Source of the DNA: Malacoraja senta
Taxonomy: Eukaryota
Length of the DNA stretch: 64,000 nt
Direction of reading: 5' to 3'
Assembly: GCA_038087875.1 (NCBI GenBank)
Contig: CM075996.1
Location: 1,180,001 to 1,244,000 of the forward strand
Positions 54,389-64,000 of the stretch are shown here, one piece after another. The position numbers were made by a program, and so were the translations under genes. How positions within the stretch are numbered: position 1 is the first letter of the stretch; each line of letters starts with the position of its first letter. Below the pieces are notes generated by a model, which was not told where the DNA came from, did no database searches, and saw nothing but the letters and a program-made list of their open reading frames with translations.

Positions 54389-55177
54389 CTGAATGGAGCA
54401 ACAGTACACAACATCTCATGTGGTGCGCCAGTCTAGCAGGCAGTGTAATCCCGCAAGCCCTTGCATTCGTACTGCACCCTATCGCAGCATGGATTAGTTC
54501 AAATCTATCTACTCATTGCATTTAGTGACTTTTAAGAAGCTAATGCACAGGCAATTGTAATAACAAATACCCAAACGTCAAAAACACCCAAAATACGCAG
54601 TTTTGTTTGATGTAGATGATTAAGGAGGAAACGAGCATGAAACTTGGCGGTGGGTCTTTAACGAGCAGCTCATGGAGGAACTGATCTCACCTTTAAGACG
54701 TCAACTGTTAGTGTGCTGGAAGTGACCAAGGCTGCACATCACAGCCTGCACAGAGGCGTGAAGTGTTGCCCCTCTGACCCAGTGATGGGGAACACCCACA
54801 AACATCACCAACATTATTTACCAGGACCAGTGCATGCAGTTAGCGAGCTCAGTTTGAATGCTCTTGGTTTGGGTACTGTGGCTTCACCAGTCCCAGTGAA
54901 ACTCCAGGCACAGTGGGTGCTGTCTGTACGGAGTTTGCACGTTCTCCCCGTGACCTGCGCGGGTTTTCTCCGAGATCTTCGATTTCCTCCCACACTCCAA
55001 AGACATACAGGTTTGTAGGTTAATTGGCTTGGCAAATGTAAAAATTGTCCCTAGTGTGTAGGATGGTGTTAATGTTGGCATAGGATAGCTGGTTGGCGCG
55101 GACCCAGAGGGCCGATTTCCGCGCTGTATCTCTAAACTAAACTAAACTCAGACAGTAACAATGATGCACATGCTTAC

Positions 55178-55283
55178 CTTCCTGAAGTCCCCATTACTGT
55201 CTGCCCTGGCGCCTGTACTGTGCAGGGAATGAATCCCGACTCTGCTCTCAATCCAATCACCCATCTGGTCAGCTGGAATCGAG
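55178..55283 (-). CDS. PPP1R12C: PPP1R12C exon ending in DFRK
   Basis: gtgtag| ... AAG|gtaagc, 106 nt (phase 2 to 0); SIPADQMGDWIESRVGIHSLHSTGARADSNGDFRK; MYPT-family DF+K precedes the coiled coil. Confidence 0.75.
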
Positions 55284-56303
55284 CTACACTTGGCACCAAG
55301 CAGAGACAAGATTTAGTTTATTGTCACGTGTACCGAGGTACAGTGAAAAGCTTTTGTTGAATGCTAACCAGTCAGCGGAAAGACAATACATGATTAGGGT
55401 TGGAATTATTGGAGTTTCCACTGACAGCGGCCCCACAGGTGAGAGGGGAACACACCACTTATAGCAGCATCACGGTACATCCGAGCGCAGGACTCAAGAA
55501 CTTCAGCAAATCCAGATAAACACATCCAGCATAATAACTCCCAAATAATTCAGCTATACAATTCTAGCTTCATCATTTTATACAATTCTCCAACATTATC
55601 ATTTAAGGTTTACTCATTCAAGTTTAATGCAAGACTGCAACAATACTGTCACCATTGCAATGAAATGTGAAAGAACCATAACTCTGGTCAGGTCATGCAG
55701 GAGCCAGTAGCTGTGTCTCCGCCACAGCTTGGAGTGGTGTTCAGCAGCTCGGCTAAGTGAATGTCAGAGAGTGGACGGGAAAACCACATAGGCACAGGGC
55801 CAGGGCTGCAACGAGACCACGGTGGGGACAGGACAGGTCAGTCATACAGTGATACAGTGTGGAAACAGGCCCTTCGGCCCAACGCCCACACAAGCCAACA
55901 TGTCCCATCTACACTAGTCCCACCTGCCTGCATTTGCCCCATATACCTCCAAACCTGTCCTATCCATGTATCTGTCTAACTGTTTCTTAAACGTTGGGAT
56001 AGTCCCTGCCTCAACAACCTCCTCTGGCAGCTTGTTCCAAGCACCCTTTGTGTGAAAGAGTTACCCCTCAGATTCCTATTAGATCTTTTCTCCTTCACCT
56101 TAAACCGATGTCCTCTGGTCCATCTGTGCGTGTACCCGATCTACTCTCTCATAGTTTTACACAGGTGCCGGCAGGAGATGGGGGAGAGCGGGGTAAAGTC
56201 ACAGGAACTGCAATCTTCACAGCACAGTCAGGAAGTTACTCCGTTAGATTGGTGTGAAGAGTACAGAGGTTGATACAAATGCAATCATGATAAACCCTCT
56301 TGC

Positions 56304-56350
56304 CTGTGTGTTGGGGTATCCAAGCTGTTCATCTGCTCCGTGCCATCTTC
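56304..56350 (-). CDS. PPP1R12C: PPP1R12C 47-nt exon with GC donor
   Basis: gtgtttcag|GAA GAT GGC ... CAC AG|gcaaga; EDGTEQMNSLDTPTH(S); bridges phase 0 to phase 2. Confidence 0.65.
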
Positions 56351-59300
56351 CTGAAACACAGCAACACAGAAAACAGGTTCAACAAACCCAACATCGAATT
56401 CTCCAATTTCAAATAATCTCCCCCCCCCCCACACCATTCTGTTTCCCCTCCCCCCCCCCCCCCCATCCCATCACCCTGCTCCTTTTCCCTCTCCCGGAGA
56501 CTCGCCTCCCCTCACCCTACCCCCCCCGTTTCAGTTTAGAGACACAGCTTGGAAACAGGCCCTTCGGCCCGCCGAGTCCATGCCGACCATCCATCACCCC
56601 GTTCACATTAATTCTGTTATCCCACTTTCTCATCCACTCCCTACACACTAGGGGCGATTTACAAAGGCTGACTAACCTACACACCTGCACGTCTTTGGGT
56701 TGTGGGAGGAAACCGGAGCACCCAGAGGAAACCCCACGCGGTCACAGGGAGAACGTGCAAACTCAGCGCAGGCAGCGCCTAAGCTCAGGGTTGTATCCGA
56801 GGTCTCTGGCGCTGTGAGGTACCAACTCTACACCCCTCTTTTCCCCCTTTTTATTCCCCCTTTCTCCTTCCCCTTCCACCAATATACCTCCCTCTGGCTT
56901 AACATTTCACTTCTCTTCTTCTCTGATCTGACATCCTTTCCACCTCAATTCTTACTCACTTTCTCCACCAACCCTCTCCCCCCTCCCCCCCCAATCCATC
57001 AGTCTGAAGAAGGGTCCCAACCTGAAACATCTGTCCATTCCCTCCATAGACACTGCCTGACCGCTAAGTTCCTCCAGCACTTTGTTTTTAAACCTAACAT
57101 TCTATCACTTTGCACTTCCACGTGATGAGTGATGATAGTATTGTTCACGCATACAGGCAACGCATTCCTTGCTTTACTTTACAGATAGAAGGCTGGACAA
57201 TGGAGGCGGATATTACCACGTGATCATCAGGCCCTTGTGGCTAAAGGGATCAGGGGGTATGGAGAGAAGGCAGGGATGGGATACTGAGTTGGATGATCAG
57301 CCGTGATCATATCGAATGGCGGTGCTGGCTCGAAGGGCCGAATGGCCTACTCCTGCACCTATTTTCTATGTTTCTATGAACTATGCCCCCTATTAAATAG
57401 AGTCATGGAGCTGAGCTGTAGAGCGTGGAAATAGGCCGTTCAGCCCACCTTGTGGCAAACTGGGCTAGTCTCATGTGCCTGCATTTGGCCCATATCCCTC
57501 TAAACCCGCTCCATATATCTGTCCTAATGCCTTTCAAACATTGTAACTGTATCCGTTTCTATAGCTTCCTCTGGCAGCTCGTTCCATATACGGATTACTC
57601 CGAGTGAAAAAGTTGCTCCTGAGGTCTCTCTTAAATCTCCCCCCTCTCACCTTTAGCCTGTGCCCTCTAGTTTTAGACTCCTCTATCCTGGGAAAAGACT
57701 GAGTGTTCAGTCTGAGGAAGGGCCTCGACCCGAAACGTCACCTATTCCTTCGCTCCATAGATGCTGCCTCACCCACTGAATTTCTCCAGCATTTTTGTCT
57801 ACGTTCACTTTACCCATGTCCCTCATGGTCTTGTACCTCAATAAGGTCACCCCTCAGCCTCCTACGCTCCAAAGAATAAAACTCCCAAGGGATTAGCTGT
57901 CTGCAGCAGGTGGTTTATTATTTTAAACAGTAACCCTTGGAACTAGTCTCCTGTCCACAACCAGCCTCTGCAGTCCACTCAGGTTGACCTGTGACAACCA
58001 AGTCATCTCTGGCTCTCATAAATCCAGCCCAGCCCATCTAAACTTCCCTCATAATATAACCTGCCTATTCCAGATATTAATCTCATCAATTTTTTCTGAA
58101 CTGCTTCCAACGTTCTTGACAATTAACGATGCATTTGGAAAGCCAACAATCGAGATGAAGGCTTCAAATTACATCACGTCACGTCACGCAATACAATTTG
58201 AAAGCATGGAAGATGACAAGTAAAGGAATGAGGAACCTCGTGGCAAATGATACAAGATCTCTCATCTGCCAAGTACTCTGTTACTAAACGTTGCATGAAC
58301 AACGTTGCACTGAACAGAGGCGACAATCTAACACAGTTGTGTCGACCAAAGTATTAGTGATAGGAGTCACTCTTAACAAGCAAGGATTTGTTCATCCCTG
58401 TAATTCAATCCACCATTTTCCTAGAATCGAGGGTCATTTGCAAATACCTGAAGCGACCACAGCATTAGCAAACTGAATTTGACTCTCAGGAAAAAAGTAA
58501 CAATGCAAATTATACCACAGAAAACACAAAGCCAGTGTTGAACCTGGGTTGATGGCGCTGTGAGGCAGCATGTCTACCCTCCTTGCTACTAAAGAAAACA
58601 GACCACTGCCCAGTGAGGTGACTGTTCTTAGCCCAACGTACAAAAGAAACAATTAGCGTCTGGTTTAGTTTAGTTTAGAGTTACAGTGCAGAATCAGGCC
58701 CTTTGGCCCAGAGTCCGCACCGGCCAGTGATCTCTGCACACTAACACTATCCTACACACTAGGGATAATTTTACATTTACACCAAGCCAATTAACATACA
58801 AACCTCTACGTCTTTGGAGTGTGGGAGGAAACCGGAGCACCCGGAGAAAACCCACGCAGGTCACGGGGAGAACGTGCAAACTCCATACAGACGGCACCCA
58901 CAGTCAGGATGGAACCCGGGTCTCTGGCGCTGTGAAGCAGCAACTCTACCGCTGCACCACCCTGCCGCCCTTATATGCCGACCATACCGTCTGGTACATT
59001 AAACAAAGCTTCCTTGGATCAACCTCAGCCCCAATGGTACAAGGACACTTCCATCACACCAAGGTTTCACGGTCAGTTTATTGTCACATTTACCAGTTAA
59101 GGTACAGTGAAATTTGAGTTACCAGAGTTCACCATTCAGTGAGCACAAGTCAGGGCAAGTGCAGGATCTGCAGCAGCAAAGTATTTCAGCAGATTCCAGT
59201 CGCCTGAACACGCTGGATAATGAAATCTCAGGGAAACTGGCCCAGGAAAGTATGGCTCGGCAGTTACCATTCACACCTGGAGAAGTGGTCAACTGGAGAG

Positions 59301-59967
59301 GATGGGCCTGCTGGGTCATGTAGTGGCTAGAGAAACATGTGCTGTATGTCTACATTGTTCAACAGCTCATGTGTAAAGCTGCTCACACCGGGAAACACAA
59401 CCTCTCGGATTGCTTCCACTGGGCAGAGGGGGCTGCAAATCCCATACCCAGACAATTCACAACGACGCACATCGTAGATAACTGGAACATTACAGTTTTG
59501 GAGGGACTTCCCTGCACAAGCGACTCTGGGCCTCCCCAACGCCTGGTGCCCAGGTCAGAACACCCCTTCATTCAGCCCCTGTCAGATGGGTAGTGTATTC
59601 TGTATACATACAGAATAGTGAAAGGCTTGGATAGAGGAGGTGTGGAGAGGAAGTTTCCACAAGTGGGAGTCTAGGAACAGAGGTCACAGCCTCAGAATTA
59701 AAGGACGTCCCTTTAGGAAGGAGATGAGGAGGAATTTCTTTAGTCAGAGGGTGGTGAATCTGTGGAATTATTTGCCACAGACAGCTGTGGAGGACAAGTC
59801 AGTGGATATTTTTTAAGGCAAAGATAGATTCTTGATTAGTACGGGTGACAGAGGTTATGGGGAGAAGGCAGGAGAATGGGGTTAGAAGGGAGAGATAGAT
59901 CAGCCTGGTGGAGTAGACTTGATGGGCCGAATGGCCATATGAGCATATACACAGGACTCCAGCTCAC

Positions 59968-60101
59968 CTCCTCTGTGGAATCTGCCTTGCCGGTAAACCT
60001 GCGCTCTTTCCTGGCTTTCCGCCGGTCTCGCACAGACAGCCGGTTCCGACTGTTGTAGTCCGCGTCTCCCTCTTCCCTTCTGTCACTTTCCAACTCTGCG
60101 C
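59968..60101 (-). CDS. PPP1R12C: PPP1R12C exon with MYPT-type basic phospho-motif
   Basis: ttgcag| ... GAG|gtgagc, 134 nt; (G)AELESDRREEGDADYNSRNRLSVRDRRKARKERRFTGKADSTEE. Confidence 0.82.
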
Positions 60102-61399
60102 CTGCAAGCAAAAGGAATTCCTCCGTTCACAGTAACTACCCTCACACCACAAAGCAAATCTTCAACTAGAGAAACAGCATGGAAACGGGTCCTTCGGCCC
60201 ACCCAGTCCACTACGACCAGCGATCACCCAATCACACTCGTCCTATGTTATCCCACATTACAATCCACTCCCTACACACAAGAGGCAATTTACAGAGGGC
60301 CAATTAATGCACAAACTGCACATCTTTGGGATATGGAAGAACCTCATTAAAACATACCGAATAGTGAAAGGCTTCGATAGAGTGGATGTAGAGAGGATGT
60401 TTCCACTAGTGGGTAGACACAAAATGCTGGAGTAACTCAGCGTGACAGGCAGCATCTCTGGTGAGAAGGACTGGGTGACATTTCGGGTTGAGACCACTAG
60501 TGGGAGTGACTAGGACCAGAGGACACAGCCTCAGAATTAAAGGACATTCTTTTAGGAAGGAGATGAGGAGAAATTTCTTTATTCTGAGGGTGGTGAATCT
60601 GTGGAATTCTTTGCCACAGAAGGCTGTGGAGGCCAAGTCAGTGGATATTTTTTTACAACAGAGATAGATAATTAATTAGTACGGGTGTCAGGGGTTATGG
60701 GGAGAAGGCAGGATAATGGGGTTAGGAGGGAGAGATGGATCAGCCATGGTTGAATGGCGGAGTAGACAATGGGCCGAATGGCCTAATTCTACTTCTATCA
60801 CTTAAGACCTTTTGAAACTGGAGCACCCAGAGGAAACCTACGTGGTCACAAGGAGAACATGCAAACTCCACACAGGGAGCACCCCAAGTCAGGATGGACC
60901 CTGGGTATCTGGTGCTGTGAGGCAGCGGCTCTATCCGCTGCTTCACTGTTTTCCCAAACCTTTTGCATTGCTGCTCCCAAATACAAAGGAGTATGAGGAG
61001 CAAACAAAATTGGTGAAAATAAAGACCAGAGTCATCCAGCACAGAGGCCATTCGGCCCACCATGTCCACACCGAGCAGTGGGCATCCACATGCATCAATC
61101 CTAGCTCTTGGCCCGCAGCCTTCTATCCCTGGGCACATCAAGTGCTCATCTAGACACTTCATAAAGCTGTCAGTGACTGCTTCCCCCACTCTCTCTGGCA
61201 GCTTGTTCCAGGTACACTCCAGGTAGAGAAGGCCCTTAATCTGTGTCCCTTAGTGTTCACCATGTCTGATCTCATGGTCAAAGAGTGATACAGTGTGGAA
61301 ACAGGCCCTTCGGCCCAAGTTGCCCACACCGGCCAACAAAGCCCAGCTACACTAGTCCCACCTGCCCGTGTTTGGTTCATATCCCTCCAAACTTGTCCT

Positions 61400-61730
61400 A
61401 CCATGTACCTTCATGCCTGCCCTATCCATGTACCTTCATCCTGTCCTATCCATGTACCCCCATGCATGCCCTATCCATGTACCGTCATTCTGCCCTTTGC
61501 ATGTACCCTCATGCCTTCCCTATCCATGTACCTTCATCCTGTCCTATCCATGTACCTTCATCCTGTCCTATCCATGTATCCCCATGCCTGCCCTATGCAT
61601 GTACCTTCATGCCTGCCCTATCCATGTACCTTCATGCCTACCCTATCCATGTACCTTCATGCCTGCCCTATCCATGTCCCCCCCCTTTGCCTGCCATATC
61701 CATGTACTCTCATGCCTGCCCTATCATGTA
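61400..61730. repeat. ~25-bp minisatellite (CCTATCCATGTACCTTCATGCCTGC)n grown from a LINE/SINE tail
   Basis: The unit contains CCTATCCATGTACC, also present in the retroelement tail copies (e.g. 43081). Confidence 0.9.
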
Positions 61731-61924
61731 TCCATAATCTGGGGAAACGTTTCTGCCGTCAAAATTATTTACCCCCCTCAATTATATATACCCCAATCAT
61801 GTTCCCCTCTCTGCTCCACAGAAAGCAGAGCCAGCCTCTCCAGATAATTATCATGCTCCATCCCAGGCAAGACCCTGTCATCCCCTAAATAAGAAAGAAA
61901 CTTTGTGATGTTATTTCAGATTAC

Positions 61925-62042
61925 CTGTATCGGTGTCCTGAAATGAAACTGTCGGAGCAGAGTATCTGGAGTGTGTAGGAGCAAGCGCCGAGCCAGAGTT
62001 ACCAACGCCCGTGGTGACGGGTCTCAGCCGACTGGCTGCATC
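61925..62042 (-). CDS. PPP1R12C: PPP1R12C exon
   Basis: ttcacag| ... G|gtaatc, 118 nt (phase 0 to 1, fits next exon); DAASRLRPVTTGVGNSGSALAPTHSRYSAPTVSFQDTDT. Confidence 0.72.
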
Positions 62043-64000
62043 CTGTGAAGGCAGAACGCACACACAGACACAGACATACACACTTTGTTTAGTCCGAGAC
62101 TTAATAGCAAAGAAATAATAAAAACTCATTAGTGTAGGAAGGAACTGCACATGCTGGTTTAAACCAAAGATAGACACTAAATGCTGGAGTAACACAGCGG
62201 GACAGGCAGCATCTCTGGATGGAAGGAATGGATGATGTTTCGGGTCGAGACCCTTCTTCAGACTCTGAAGGGTCTCGACCCAAAACGTCACCCATTGCTT
62301 CCCTCCAGAGATGCTGCCGGTCCCGCTGAGTTATTTCTGCATTTAGTGCCTAACTTTAGCTAACAAAGCAGATGGCCAATGGTAGTGTGAAGGGAGATTA
62401 ACCAGACGCATACAAAAATAAGTAATAAAGAGATGAAAACGTCACCTCGGCCATGCGACTATTTTATGCAGGCAAATTTCAGGGTAATTTTTGCTGCAGA
62501 TTTATCTTTTTTTTAAATTCAATTATCAGCATAAGCAGTTTATTTAAACCATGGTAACGGTTGAAAACCCATCAGCTGCGCTCAAACCATCACCGTCTTC
62601 TCTCTTTACAAGTGGATTTCCTGCTGAAATGGGCTCCAGGTACAACGAACCAACAGCACCCACACAGCTGCTCATCTGCAACTGAACTGTGCACTAAACA
62701 TGCAACTTGGCAATGAATTTCACAATAAAAATATGAAGTATGAAGTTTACAATAATGAAAAGGGGAAGTTGGCAAAGTTTACAAGTCTGGCGCGACAGAA
62801 ACTGCCAGTAAAATGTTCAAAGATACATCTGATCGTTCACCATGAGTATCCTCACACACAGTCAGCGTGTGGCCTTGCTGTCCTCTAATGGGCAATGCTC
62901 AGCTCCTCTCCACTTGTTCAGCTCCTGTCCACGGGAGAGCTCGTAACACAAAGGGTCTAAAGTGATGAGAGGGCAGCTTTGCATGTGGCCAGAAATATGC
63001 AGATTTCATCTCCGTATCAGAGGAAAGTGTAGAAGCAAATACACAGCCTACATTGTGTAGTACTGTGAAAGGCTTGTAAACAATGACAGGCAGAACCTCC
63101 ATGTACACGGGTGGAGAATTCAAAAAAAGGTAGCAGCAACTAAAACAGATGGAATAACTGGGGAGAAGTACAAGGGGACTTGATCAGACGGAATGAGATT
63201 CCTCTAAAGTTTAGCCGGAAATGTTATTCAGTTCCCTGCACTTGGGAATTGCAGTAAGCACAGAAACAGCTTCAAGAGAGAAACTCGTTAGATTTAGAGA
63301 TTCACAACGGTAGCCACTGTTGGGTGGGGAAAGGGGTCCAAGTTCCCCAGTAAATATGGATGAGCCAACAAAGAGAAAGGGCACCAGATGGCAGCAGTCA
63401 ATGGTAACTGTTCCTCAGTGTGGCAAGATTAAGTTGTTTAGGAAGGAACTGCAGATACGGGTTTAAACCGAAGATACACAAAAAGCTGGAGTAACTCAGC
63501 GGGACAGGCAGCATCTCTGGAGAGAAGGAACGGGTGACGTTTCGGGTCGAGACCCTTCTTCAGAATGGGTGATGTTTCGGGTTATTCTGAAGAAGGGTCT
63601 CGACCTGAAACGTTACCCATTCCTTCTCTCCAGAGGTGCTCCCTGTCCCTCTGAGTTACTCCGGCATTTTGTAGCTATCTGAGAATAAATTGTTACTGTG
63701 CCTGAAAAGTTGAGCAAGAATCACTGACTGGATTTGAATACTCTGCTCTAGAAAACATGCCACAGCATGCTACTGGACATGAGCTTCCCCACTTAGACTG
63801 GTAATGCGGGTGAGGAAGCAACGCTGATTTTACTCTAAGCAAATACTCCCATCTGGACTCGACCCCAGACCTGAACAGCAGGGTCTAAAGCTATGACCTG
63901 GGTAGACTCCATCCTTGGGGAGACCTTTTCAGACATTTTTTTAAAATCAACTGCACATTTACGGCTCAAACTTGCAGGCAAGCAAATTCTATAATCTAGA

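Noticed and set aside
57934..57990. Possible extra PPP1R12C exon on the minus strand
   Set aside because: Weak donor (GTTACT), no recognisable family similarity, and not needed for phase continuity.
62590..62700. Possible upstream PPP1R12C exon
   Set aside because: The phase-0 reading needed to join the 62042 exon contains a stop; the expected RRSTQGVTL exon is not visible and probably lies beyond the window.

Overview
Vertebrate genomic DNA. The repeats (HE1-like V-SINEs, CR1/HER1-type LINE tails, DeuSINE remnants) suggest a cartilaginous fish, probably a skate or ray; this is inference. I reconstructed four spliced genes by hand from splice sites and intron phases. They follow the block known from human 19q13.4. 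(1) SYT5 on +, 7 coding exons at 519-11470, with the 5' exon(s) outside the window and a 1-nt frameshift near 6836. (2) A complete DNAAF3 on +, 11 coding exons at 18205-28740, 497 aa, behind a CpG-island promoter with an RFX X-box. (3) The N-terminal exon and micro-exons of a troponin T, TNNT1 by synteny, on + at 42715-46112. (4) Six 3' exons of PPP1R12C on -, at 62042-53390. No TNNI3 lies between DNAAF3 and TNNT1. TNNT1 and PPP1R12C both break off, head-on, at a 200-N gap (52198-52397), suggesting a mis-oriented contig or an inversion. The most striking hidden element is the commonest short repeat: it carries a minimal hammerhead-ribozyme core (CUGAAGA-stem II-GAAACGUC), is linked in-window to Penelope-like GIY-YIG endonuclease remnants, and often forms inverted pairs and 66-nt tandem units. 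Other points: a candidate recursive splice site in a troponin T micro-exon, a +/-VQ tandem acceptor in SYT5, a GC-AG intron, an L1 with a 15-bp TSD, and a 5.5-kb (TG)n array with a 2.1-kb higher-order duplication. Most long ORFs in the supplied track are microsatellite artefacts.
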